A stretch of 64,000 nucleotides of DNA from an uncultured archaeon. GTDB taxonomy: Archaea > Iainarchaeota > Iainarchaeia > Iainarchaeales > JAAZKV01. The notes under the pieces are model-generated. The model worked only from the letters and a program-made list of their open reading frames with translations, searched no databases and was not told where the DNA came from. Made by a program: the position numbers and the translations under genes. Numbering within the stretch: the stretch's first letter is position 1; every line of letters starts with the position of its first letter. The stretch is from NCBI GenBank assembly GCA_902385225.1, contig CABMEU010000004.1:20662-84661 (forward strand), written 5' to 3'. Positions 1 through 7,767 of this stretch are shown piece after piece.

Positions 1-317
1 GCAATTGAAGTAAAAACCCTGCCCCCATTCACAGAATAAAACTGCTCAAAAAGATTTTTTGCAACCTGCGGACTGCACTGATGATCCTGATAATCAACAA
101 CTAATTTTGCGCCGTTTATTCCTCCGCCAGAATTAATCTCATCAACAGCAATTTGCGCTGACTTCTCCGCAGCATCGCCATAATGAGCAAGACCGCCAGT
201 GAGCGGGAATAATGCGACAATTCTTACTTCATTTTTTTGAGAAAAATTTTGAGTGAAATAAAAAAGAGCGCCTGCAATAATAAACAGAACAATTATTGTA
301 ATTATAAGTTTTTTCAA
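1..317 (-). CDS. Extracellular solute-binding protein, type-1 PBP (Leu/Ile/Val-binding family); N-terminal part only, the gene runs off the window
   Basis: My own minus-strand translation from TTG at 317 (AAGGTG lies 6 nt upstream) reads LKKLIITIIVLFIIAGALFYFTQNFSQKNEVRIVALFPLTGGLAHYGDAAEKSAQIAVDEINSGGGINGAKLVVDYQD... This is collinear with the complete paralogue at 15457..16560. It is absent from the ORF track because the window edge truncates it. Confidence 0.7.
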   Translation of the reverse strand, partial: MKKLIITIIVLFIIAGALFYFTQNFSQKNEVRIVALFPLTGGLAHYGDAAEKSAQIAVDEINSGGGINGAKLVVDYQDHQCSPQVAKNLFEQFYSVNGGRVFTSI

Positions 318-358
318 GCAAAACACCTTAGCAATAGAACTCAAAAAAACAATTTAAA

Positions 359-742
359 TCAGAGCTTTCCCCATTTCCACATCATAAACTGCGCAAAAGC
401 ATTTGCCTGCTCGTGCGTGACATTTGCGGCCATTTTTACAGCATCCACTATGTACGTGGCGTTGGAAGGTCTATTGGGAAATGCTTTTGATGCAACAGCA
501 AACATTATTGCATATTGGCGCGGTTGAATTGAGTGAGTCTTTAAGTAATCACCCATTACATTTACGTTCACAGGATGATTTGCCAACAACTCATCCAAAG
601 CCTTCATTTCTGCACTTACCTGCATAGAAGTCGGTTTTTTGATTGGGCGAATAGCACTAGCTCCCCTTTGCGAGGACCAGCTGGCCACAACAGAAGAACG
701 TTCCGAATTACTAACTGCAAATTTCTTTCCTAATTTACGCAT
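359..742 (-). CDS. Hypothetical protein (127 aa)
   Basis: Non-overlapping ORF with balanced composition, lying between the SBP gene and divergent rad50. I recognise no motif. Confidence 0.4.
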   Translation of the reverse strand: MRKLGKKFAVSNSERSSVVASWSSQRGASAIRPIKKPTSMQVSAEMKALDELLANHPVNVNVMGDYLKTHSIQPRQYAIMFAVASKAFPNRPSNATYIVDAVKMAANVTHEQANAFAQFMMWKWGKL

Positions 743-827
743 AAATATAGACTCCTTAATTCGAATTTAATAATATCGGCTAGCCGCCCTAAGACAATTT
801 TTATGGGTTTTGCAGGAACAATAGTGC

Positions 828-2876
828 ATGCTTAATTCCCTTACTTTAAGAAACTGGAGAACGCACAAAGAAACCACGCTTGAGTTTGGGAAAGGAACGA
901 ATGTAATAATAGGTGTAATGGGTTCTGGAAAGAGTTCTGTTGTAAATGCAATTAGTTACTCGCTATTTGGCACTTTCCCCGCGATGAAAAACAAGAGTGT
1001 TTCATTAAAAGAAGTGATAATGAACAAGCCAAACCCCCAGAGCAGGGCGGAGACCGCAATTACATTTGAGCAGGACAAAAAGAAGTATAGGGTGGAGAGA
1101 ATAATCAAAGCTGACGGGACAAATGAAGCGAAGCTCTACGAGGAAAGCAGGCTCATAGCGGGACCAAAACAAAAAGATGTTAATGAAAAAGTTGAGATGC
1201 TTCTTGGGCTGAATTATGAATTATTCAGCAGAGCTGTGTATGCCGAGCAGAACGAAATGGATTTCTTTCTGAAATTAAGCCCCGGGGAGCGAAAAAAGAA
1301 ATTTGATGAGCTGCTTGAGCTTGAGAAATACGAAGAGGCCCGAAAAAACTCAATTACACTCCAAAACGAAATGCTAAAAGAAAACAAGCAGATAAAGGAT
1401 TATATTGAACAGCAGAAAAACGCGATAAAGAACCATGAAGAGGAAAAACTGCTTGCGCAAATCAAAAACGAGGAAAAGGAAATTATTCTGCTTGAGAAAG
1501 AAATTATTGAAACCAAAAAAGAACTTGCGCTCATTGAGAAAGAATACTCCTCACTGCTTGAGAAAGAAAAGCAAAACAAACTGCTTGAGGATTTACTTAT
1601 CAAACTTGGCTCACGCATTGATACATTAAAAGAGGATATTGCGAAAAATGAAAAGATTTCGCTAAAAGAAGTGCAGGAAGAGCTTGTGAGGAATAAGAAA
1701 GAAGCCGAGAAATTCTCGCAGGCGATGCTTGAAAAAGAAAAACTGCTCAAGGAGGCGCTTGAGGAAGTGAAAAAGCACAGCGGAGATTTAAAAGTTCTTG
1801 AGTACAAGAAAAAAGAGGTACTTGATGAGGAGAAAGGAATCTCCTCGCTCAAAGGAAAGTGCCCAACCTGCAAACAGGAATTAAATGAAGAGCACAAAAC
1901 ACACCTGACAAAAGAATACTCTGAAAGACTCGCACAAACTATTACGTGGATGGCGGATATTGAGAAGAAAAAGAAAATTGCGGAAGAGAAAGCCGCAGTG
2001 CTTGAAAAAGAAAAAGAAAAATTACGCAAAGAAAACGATGAAGTAAAAAGCAAATGCTACAAACTTGAGGCGGCGCAAAAAGAGGCGCTTTCTGTTGAAG
2101 AGAAAAAGAAACAACTTGCAAATTTTACGGGGGAAACGCCAAAAGTGAGAAAACAGCTTGCTGAACTTGGGTTTGATAAGAAAAAACTTGAGATGGTCCG
2201 CGAGGAGAATTATAAGAAAAAATCCTCTGTGAGTGTTGCTGAAACAAAAATAAAATCAAAACTGGAACTTAAGAAGAGCTATGAGGGAACAATAAGCAAA
2301 ATCGCGCAAATAAGAAAATCAATTGAAGAACAAGAAAAAGGCTGTCTGAAGAAAGAAGAAGCTGCGCAAAAACTAGGGGTGTTTGCGAACTGCTTAATCG
2401 CGGCGCAAGTAGAGCTGCGCGAATCACTCTTACAAACTATAAATAGCGCAATGACAAGCATTTGGCAGGCGGTTTATCCGTACAAGGACTTTACCGATGC
2501 GCGCCTGTGCGTTACCTCTGACGGGTATGATTTACAGGTAATGAACCGAAACGGGGAATGGGTGAGAGTTGAGGGGATACTCTCTGGCGGGGAAAGAAGC
2601 GCCGCCGCTCTTTGCATAAGAATGGCATTCGCGCTTGTGCTTACCAAAAAGTTGTCCATGCTCATACTTGATGAGCCGACACACAACCTTGATTCAAACG
2701 CCGTGCAAAAACTAAGCGAAATGCTCCGCGAAGAAATGCCAAAACTTGTTGAACAAGTATTTGTAATTACTCACGATAAGGAACTTGAGAATGCTGCAAG
2801 CAGTAACTTGTACTTACTCACAAGAAACAAGAATCTTGATGAACCAACAAAAGTTGAAGTAATGAATACTTACTGA
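828..2876 (+). CDS. rad50: Rad50-type SMC ATPase for DNA double-strand-break repair (short coiled coil)
   Basis: It has Walker A GVMGSGKSSV, a long K/E-rich coiled coil, a central zinc hook CPTC, the ABC signature LSGGERS, Walker B MLILDEPT and ITHD near the C-terminus. It ends in TGA. Confidence 0.9.
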   Translation: MLNSLTLRNWRTHKETTLEFGKGTNVIIGVMGSGKSSVVNAISYSLFGTFPAMKNKSVSLKEVIMNKPNPQSRAETAITFEQDKKKYRVERIIKADGTNEAKLYEESRLIAGPKQKDVNEKVEMLLGLNYELFSRAVYAEQNEMDFFLKLSPGERKKKFDELLELEKYEEARKNSITLQNEMLKENKQIKDYIEQQKNAIKNHEEEKLLAQIKNEEKEIILLEKEIIETKKELALIEKEYSSLLEKEKQNKLLEDLLIKLGSRIDTLKEDIAKNEKISLKEVQEELVRNKKEAEKFSQAMLEKEKLLKEALEEVKKHSGDLKVLEYKKKEVLDEEKGISSLKGKCPTCKQELNEEHKTHLTKEYSERLAQTITWMADIEKKKKIAEEKAAVLEKEKEKLRKENDEVKSKCYKLEAAQKEALSVEEKKKQLANFTGETPKVRKQLAELGFDKKKLEMVREENYKKKSSVSVAETKIKSKLELKKSYEGTISKIAQIRKSIEEQEKGCLKKEEAAQKLGVFANCLIAAQVELRESLLQTINSAMTSIWQAVYPYKDFTDARLCVTSDGYDLQVMNRNGEWVRVEGILSGGERSAAALCIRMAFALVLTKKLSMLILDEPTHNLDSNAVQKLSEMLREEMPKLVEQVFVITHDKELENAASSNLYLLTRNKNLDEPTKVEVMNTY

Positions 2877-2877
2877 A

Positions 2878-3282
2878 TCAGAATAAACCCTTCTTTATCA
2901 AATCGGGAACTAGTCTGTCACGCGTTGCGGGAATTAACGGATACTTATTCGAATCAAATTCTTTCCTTGACATCCAAACAAATCCCTTAATCTCATTGCC
3001 CGGAACAATTTTGCCTTCAATTTCCGCTAAATATGCTCTGCTTCGGTAAATAACACCCGCATCGTATGCGGATGGCGAAACATACTCGCCGAAAAACTTT
3101 GAGGAAACCACTTTGACATTAATCTCTTCACTAAGTTCCCTTTGAAGACAATCCAAATCTGATTCCCCTTCCTTTACTTTCCCGCCAGGCGTCCAATATT
3201 CTTTATACTTATCCGCGCCCTTTACCAAAAGCAGTGATTTATTCTGAATTATTATTGCGGCGATTCTAGTTACTTCTTTCAT
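2878..3282 (-). CDS. Nudix hydrolase
   Basis: The Nudix box GGKVKEGESDLDCLQRELSEEINV fits Gx5Ex7REUxEExGU. Confidence 0.85.
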   Translation of the reverse strand: MKEVTRIAAIIIQNKSLLLVKGADKYKEYWTPGGKVKEGESDLDCLQRELSEEINVKVVSSKFFGEYVSPSAYDAGVIYRSRAYLAEIEGKIVPGNEIKGFVWMSRKEFDSNKYPLIPATRDRLVPDLIKKGLF

Positions 3283-3370
3283 AAAATAATATTATTTAGA
3301 AAGATAATATAAAGTGAGCCTTGGGCAAGAAGCATGGAAAAACATTCTAAAAAAAGTTTTTTTAGAAAAA

Positions 3371-3577
3371 TTAAACTAGCTTAGCAGCTTCTTTCTTCTT
3401 AGCTTCCCTAACAATATACCCTGCAAGAATATTTCTTGTGGTTTTGGATAATTTCATTTCAGGTATTTTGTTTAAAGCAGCCTTGTTTTTTACAAAATCT
3501 TTTCCGAATTCCTCAGGAAACTCTTCAAGCAAAACTTCTCCCCTATACTTTAATCCTTTAGCAACACTCTTACCCAT
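3371..3577 (-). CDS. rps17e: Ribosomal protein eS17 (S17e)
   Basis: 68 aa. FPEEFGKDFVKNKAALNKI...KTTRNILAGYIVRE matches the S17e pattern (NEF..DFe.NKk.v......sKk.RN.IAGYvt) as I recall it. Confidence 0.8.
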   Translation of the reverse strand: MGKSVAKGLKYRGEVLLEEFPEEFGKDFVKNKAALNKIPEMKLSKTTRNILAGYIVREAKKKEAAKLV

Positions 3578-3589
3578 TTCATCACCAAT

Positions 3590-3826
3590 TTAATATAATT
3601 CAACTCTAGTAATTTTTCCGCTTGGAAATTTTCTTAATATACTCAAAGGCAAAACTTTTTCTTTTAACTCTTTCTCGGCAACCTGAAGCATTGACAAATC
3701 AGCTGTTCTTTTTACGAGAGGCGGTGCGCCTAAAGAGAGCTGAAGGCTTCTTGCGCTTAATACACGAGTAATTTCAAATCTAGTAAACCTAACCAACAAA
3801 CTCACCAAGTAATACAAATTACTCAC
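3590..3826 (-). CDS. Hypothetical small protein (78 aa)
   Basis: The ORF lies 12 nt upstream of rps17e on the same strand. I recognise no motif and the true start is uncertain. Confidence 0.3.
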   Translation of the reverse strand: MSNLYYLVSLLVRFTRFEITRVLSARSLQLSLGAPPLVKRTADLSMLQVAEKELKEKVLPLSILRKFPSGKITRVELY

Positions 3827-3872
3827 AAAGCAAGCTTTAAAAACGTAGCCCCGAAGGCTCCAAAATTAGGGC

Positions 3873-4577
3873 TTAAACGTGTTCTAAGCGCATTTTAGAG
3901 GAGGCTTTGCCCTGCTCCATCCTCTCCTCAAAGACGCCTGCGCTCAAATTCAAATGGTTTTTGAGCATCCAATAATCCGAGGCAATCATTGACCTTTTGC
4001 TTAGTTTCTTTAGTTCAAACCATTTCAAAAAGTCTTTTTCCTTAATCTCCGAAACATTTTTTGGTTTTACACTAACCAAAAAGAAAACAAAGCCATGCTT
4101 TGATTTAGTGCCCTCCAAAACCCTTTCGTAAATCACGCTCTTTACTCCGCAGTACTCGCACACGGCATATGCCTTCTCCGAAATTATTCTTAGTGCGGCT
4201 TCCTTAATTGACTCCTGAATTAATAGTCTTCCTGAGAGAATACTCCAAAGCCCCTTGTAGGGGCGCTCCTGCCGCTTAATTAGAAGAACTTTTTCTTCAT
4301 GAACAAGGGCGACTAATATTACCACAAGCGGGGAAATTCTCTCCGAGTCAGGAACAAAAAAAGGAATCATTTTCTCGGCTTTCTCTGAAAGCTTGTACTG
4401 CTCGTTTTCTTTCTCAAGCAATCCTTCCGCAACCATTTTCTTCAAAAAATACGCGAGCAAATTGGATTTGATTTTTGTTTTTGAGAGGATAGCGGAGAAG
4501 CGCAAGCGCTCCGCGTAAAGAAACTGCTGAAAGATTTTCTTCCTCTTTTCATCAAAATTCAGCTTCATTTTGCCCAC
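3873..4577 (-). CDS. Putative transcriptional regulator: N-terminal winged-HTH fused to a degenerate (probably non-catalytic) Nudix domain
   Basis: The N-terminus (RFSAILSKTKIKSNLLAYFLKKMVAEGLLEKENEQYKLSEKAEK) looks ArsR/MarR-like. The C-terminal half has the Nudix-fold signature SGRLLIQESIKEAALRIISEKAY, in which the REUxEE glutamates read RIISEK. The track start is GTG at 4577; an ATG at 4568 is preceded by AAGTGGG. Confidence 0.6.
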   Translation of the reverse strand: MGKMKLNFDEKRKKIFQQFLYAERLRFSAILSKTKIKSNLLAYFLKKMVAEGLLEKENEQYKLSEKAEKMIPFFVPDSERISPLVVILVALVHEEKVLLIKRQERPYKGLWSILSGRLLIQESIKEAALRIISEKAYAVCEYCGVKSVIYERVLEGTKSKHGFVFFLVSVKPKNVSEIKEKDFLKWFELKKLSKRSMIASDYWMLKNHLNLSAGVFEERMEQGKASSKMRLEHV

Positions 4578-4581
4578 TTAC

Positions 4582-4603
4582 TTACTCAATAAATATTGAG
4601 TAA
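4582..4603. promoter_or_regulatory. Perfect 10+2+10 palindrome TTACTCAATA-AA-TATTGAGTAA; candidate operator in the divergent promoter region
   Basis: Read directly from the sequence. TTACTCAATA (4582..4591) is the exact reverse complement of TATTGAGTAA (4594..4603). It lies 5-14 nt upstream of the wHTH-Nudix gene start and abuts a TATA-like CTTATAAATA (4607..4616) facing the Nudix gene at 4635. Confidence 0.55.
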
Positions 4604-4634
4604 AACCTTATAAATAACGCCAAAAGGAATACTT

Positions 4635-5150
4635 TTGGTGGTTTTGTTGGAGGGCGGGGCGGAAGTAAAAAATCAGAAAATGCATTACTTAGTCGCGACA
4701 TGCATAATTGTAAAGAACGGGAAATACTTAATAGCAAAAAGGGCTTCATATGAACCCGCGTTCCCAAACAAGTGGACGGTTCCTGGAGGAAAACTTGAAT
4801 CAAAAGAATTCACTTCACGCAAAAACGATGCCGGAAATTTGTGGTATAATGTGCTTGAGGAACTAGTTGAGAGAGAAGTAATGGAAGAAGTCGGACTTAC
4901 AATTGAGGACATTGGTTATGTTACAAGCCTTGCATATATACGCGATGACGGGGTGCCGACAATAATAGTGAGTCTTTATGCGAACTACAAAAGCGGGGAA
5001 ATCAAATTATGCAAGGCGCTTACCGAATATGCTTGGGTTACGCTTGAAGAAGCAAAGAACTATGATTTAATTGACGGGATACACGACGAACTCGCGATGC
5101 TTGAAATGCACCTAAAAGGGCAAAAATTGGGGAAATGGAAAAGACATTAA
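4635..5150 (+). CDS. Nudix hydrolase
   Basis: The Nudix box core is REVMEEVGL, preceded by PGGKLES..., with an insertion inside the box. The start may instead be the ATG at 4679 (MHYLVATCIIVKNGKYLIAKR). Confidence 0.8.
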   Translation: MVVLLEGGAEVKNQKMHYLVATCIIVKNGKYLIAKRASYEPAFPNKWTVPGGKLESKEFTSRKNDAGNLWYNVLEELVEREVMEEVGLTIEDIGYVTSLAYIRDDGVPTIIVSLYANYKSGEIKLCKALTEYAWVTLEEAKNYDLIDGIHDELAMLEMHLKGQKLGKWKRH

Positions 5151-5182
5151 TAATTTATACTCATACTGCAAAATATTGTTGA

Positions 5183-5785
5183 ATGGTAAAACTGCTTACT
5201 CTTGTTCTAATTGTTGAGGGCGACAAAGTGCTGCTCGCAATGAAAAAAGAAGGGTTCGGCAAGGGAAAATGGAACGGGCTTGGCGGAAAAGTAAAACCTG
5301 AAGAAACCATTGAGCAGGCAGCGAAAAGGGAAGCACGCGAAGAGGCATGCGTGCGCATTATGGAAATGAAAAAATTGGGAATAGTACAATTCAGGTTCAG
5401 GGGAAGCAGGACCGTGCGCGAAATGCACATTTTTAAAGCAACAAAATACTCGGGAAAACCCGGGGAAACAAAAGAAATGCGGCCAAAATGGTTCAATCTA
5501 AACAAAATTCCTTTTGGCAAAATGTGGCCCGCAGACAGGAACTGGATGCGAATGTTTCTTTTAGGAAAACAATTCCGCGGCAGGGTGCTTTACGGGGAAA
5601 AGTACGGCACTGTAAAGAAACACAGCGTGATTTCAAACGAGGTTGTTGAAGCGAGAATCAGGAATCAAATAAAGATGGTTGCCACAAAGCATACACGCCC
5701 CGCGCTCAAACCTTTGACTCAACGAATTCCTTCAGCACGAGGGTGCGGTTATGCGCCTCGTCCCTTGCGGCGAAGAGGAGCATGA
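5183..5785 (+). CDS. MTH1/NUDT1-like Nudix hydrolase (oxidised purine nucleoside triphosphatase type) with a C-terminal extension
   Basis: LLTLVLIVEGDKVLLAMKKEGFGKGKWNGLGGKVKPEETIEQAAKREAREEACV and EMRPKWFNLNKIPFGKMWPADRNWMRMFLLGKQFRG track the human MTH1 sequence as I recall it ([57 protein letters not shown]). The last ~45 aa have no counterpart and overlap the convergent gene. Confidence 0.8.
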   Translation: MVKLLTLVLIVEGDKVLLAMKKEGFGKGKWNGLGGKVKPEETIEQAAKREAREEACVRIMEMKKLGIVQFRFRGSRTVREMHIFKATKYSGKPGETKEMRPKWFNLNKIPFGKMWPADRNWMRMFLLGKQFRGRVLYGEKYGTVKKHSVISNEVVEARIRNQIKMVATKHTRPALKPLTQRIPSARGCGYAPRPLRRRGA

Positions 5786-6092
5786 CACTGCCGTTCTTTG
5801 CGAGCTTCACAAGGCACTCAACTCCACCATTTTTCCATAGCTCTTTTTTATAACGCTTTTTGAACTCTGCAAACGTTTTCGGGTCGTGGCTGAACCACTT
5901 GCACAGTGCCACAGAAGGAGTGGCATCCTTCAGCCATAAATCCATCTTCGCCTTCTTTAGGGTAATGCCACGCGGCCACAGCCGGTCCACAAGTATGCGG
6001 GTGCCACCCTTTTTTCCCGCGGGCTCATAAATGCGCTTAATCTGAATCATGGCAAACATTGTGGAGCGAGAAAAAAAACTATCTAATTCCAA
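5706..6092 (-). CDS. DUF488 (YeaO-like) family protein
   Basis: IQIKRIYEP...GTRILVDRLWPRGI.KKAKMDLWLKDATPS..L.KWFSHDP..F.EFKKRY..EL is the typical DUF488 layout. The likely true start is the ATG at 6050 (MIQIKRIY). Confidence 0.75.
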   Translation of the reverse strand: MELDSFFSRSTMFAMIQIKRIYEPAGKKGGTRILVDRLWPRGITLKKAKMDLWLKDATPSVALCKWFSHDPKTFAEFKKRYKKELWKNGGVECLVKLAKNGSVMLLFAARDEAHNRTLVLKEFVESKV

Positions 6093-6101
6093 GCACTCTA
6101 G

Positions 6102-7700
6102 TCAAAATTTCCTTTTCGCCTTCGCGGTGAAGCCTGCTATTTGGGGCTGCGGAAGATTTGATTCCTTTGCAAAATCCTTCGCAAGCTTTAATGAGGAGAA
6201 TCCTTTCACGCTCGCAAAATTCTTTCCTGCGTGCAAGACACGATAGCCCTCTTTTTCGGAGAACTCTCTGAATTTCGCGATTGTCGCTTCCTGGATTGAA
6301 ACAATGCTCTTTGCAAGCTGCGTGGAAAAGAATTTTGAGTTAGTGCTTGTAAGCTGTTTTGGCAGCGCACAAAGAACATTGCTAAGCGCAGAGAAATAGA
6401 ACTTAAAATAATAGTACTCAAAAGTACTGTGAAATAAGGAGGACTCAAACGAATCCACTAACTTTCGAACCTCAAACATTTCAGAGTTTAACGCGCGCAC
6501 TTCCTTTGAGAAAAAACTCTCATTCTTTAAGCAAAACCAATTAAGCTCGTGGGAATTATCTTGTGCTTGAGAATTATTCTCAACAGAGACTTCTGTTTTA
6601 CTTGAAACAAGAACCGCTTTGTTCTCACTAACAAGCCTTCTTGCATCCATAAGCGGAACAAATTCAACCGAGTCCTTAAAGAAAGGACCAAGCGGAAAGG
6701 AATTTAGGAAAAATTCTTTTCTTTTGCTCGCGCGCTGCTCTTTTGCTGGATTTGTGTTGTGATAATCAAATGCAAAGCTCCCTGAAGAGGACTCGAAAAA
6801 CAAATTATCTTCAGCAAAACGAACTTTAATTAGCGAAGAGGGAAGCAGGTTCTTTGATTCAAGTGTTATTGGAGTACAGCACGCGCAATTCTTTGTTTCG
6901 GGACCAATATTAAAGAAATTGTTTGAGAAGAGCTCCGCCCAAACATAAGAGAAATCAAGTTTTGAGGTAGAATCCCTTGAGAGAGGATCATAATCCATTG
7001 AGGAAAATACTTTATCATTCTTTTCAAATGCAAGCGCTTCCCCGTGGCGGAAAAAAGCATTCTCTAAAAATAATTCCACCCTCTCGCCAATTTCTTTTGG
7101 AACTTTTTCAAGCGGGACGCGAAGAACTGAGCTCCACGCTGATTGCTCAACCAAAAACAGCGCATCGCTTTCATTAACCTTCAATGCCTCGCTGAATGGA
7201 ATCTCTTTTGTAAGAAAAAAGCCAAGGTCTTTAACGCGGCAAATCCCTTGGCTATTTGTGCTTATTTGCTCTGTTGGCGAGCAGGTGCCCTCCCCAACCT
7301 TATAGAATTCCTCTCCAAGCTTTTCAAAAGAATCAAAATAAGCCCAATTCTTCTCAATTAAGAAAGCGCGCTCCGGCTCAAGTGCGAGGGGCAATTTATT
7401 TATATGAAGCGCAAGCGCATTTGAGATTTTCTTTAAATTTGAGAAAGAAAGAGCGCGAAGATGAACAAGCCCGCCCTTTTCCTCCACACTAAAACCCTTA
7501 AAGCCAAGAGAAAGAACAAGCTCCGAAAGCTTATCCTGCCCTATTCCCGAGAAAGTAGTGAAGGGAAAGAAGCGGTGGCGCTGAACCACTTTATGATTTT
7601 TATTTGAGAACTCAACAAGCATCTCTGCCTTTGGCTCATTGTAGGAAACCTTTGTAAGATAATAAATCTCCTGCGTGGAGTACGCATTATGCTTTGACAT
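6102..7700 (-). CDS. Family-B DNA polymerase-like protein, truncated and with catalytic motifs substituted (predicted inactive)
   Basis: - Collinear matches to PolB landmarks: RFFPFTTF (cf. F.PYFY), ERAFLIEKN (cf. KRYLIDKG) and RVELFLENAFFRHGEALAFEKN (cf. VEWFLLRKAYERNE.APNK).
- Motif A-like: LDFSYVWAELFSNNFFNIGPET (cf. DF.SLYPSII..HN.SPDT).
- Motif B-like: KEFFLNSFPLG (cf. K...NS.YG).
- Motif C-like: GYRVLHAGKNFASV (cf. GFKVLY.DTDG), so DTD reads GKN.
- No ExoI-III motifs are present and the region after motif C is very short. Confidence 0.45.
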   Translation of the reverse strand: MSKHNAYSTQEIYYLTKVSYNEPKAEMLVEFSNKNHKVVQRHRFFPFTTFSGIGQDKLSELVLSLGFKGFSVEEKGGLVHLRALSFSNLKKISNALALHINKLPLALEPERAFLIEKNWAYFDSFEKLGEEFYKVGEGTCSPTEQISTNSQGICRVKDLGFFLTKEIPFSEALKVNESDALFLVEQSAWSSVLRVPLEKVPKEIGERVELFLENAFFRHGEALAFEKNDKVFSSMDYDPLSRDSTSKLDFSYVWAELFSNNFFNIGPETKNCACCTPITLESKNLLPSSLIKVRFAEDNLFFESSSGSFAFDYHNTNPAKEQRASKRKEFFLNSFPLGPFFKDSVEFVPLMDARRLVSENKAVLVSSKTEVSVENNSQAQDNSHELNWFCLKNESFFSKEVRALNSEMFEVRKLVDSFESSLFHSTFEYYYFKFYFSALSNVLCALPKQLTSTNSKFFSTQLAKSIVSIQEATIAKFREFSEKEGYRVLHAGKNFASVKGFSSLKLAKDFAKESNLPQPQIAGFTAKAKRKF

Positions 7701-7767
7701 GACACAAGCCCTTTTTTGGCTTTAAAAAGCGCTTTGGAAGTGCCATGCCGGTGGTCGGATTTGTTAA

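Noticed and set aside
1400-2053. A 217-aa minus-strand ORF, plus other ORFs overlapping rad50
   Set aside because: It is Ser/Phe/Cys-rich and is the mirror image of the K/E-rich coiled-coil codons (GAA/AAG/AAA) of rad50. It has no motif, and the rad50 reading is unambiguous.
6102-7700. The 532-aa ORF next to herA as the missing Mre11
   Set aside because: None of the calcineurin-like phosphoesterase motifs (D.H, GD..D, GNH[DE], GH) are present. The motif order instead matches a degenerate PolB.
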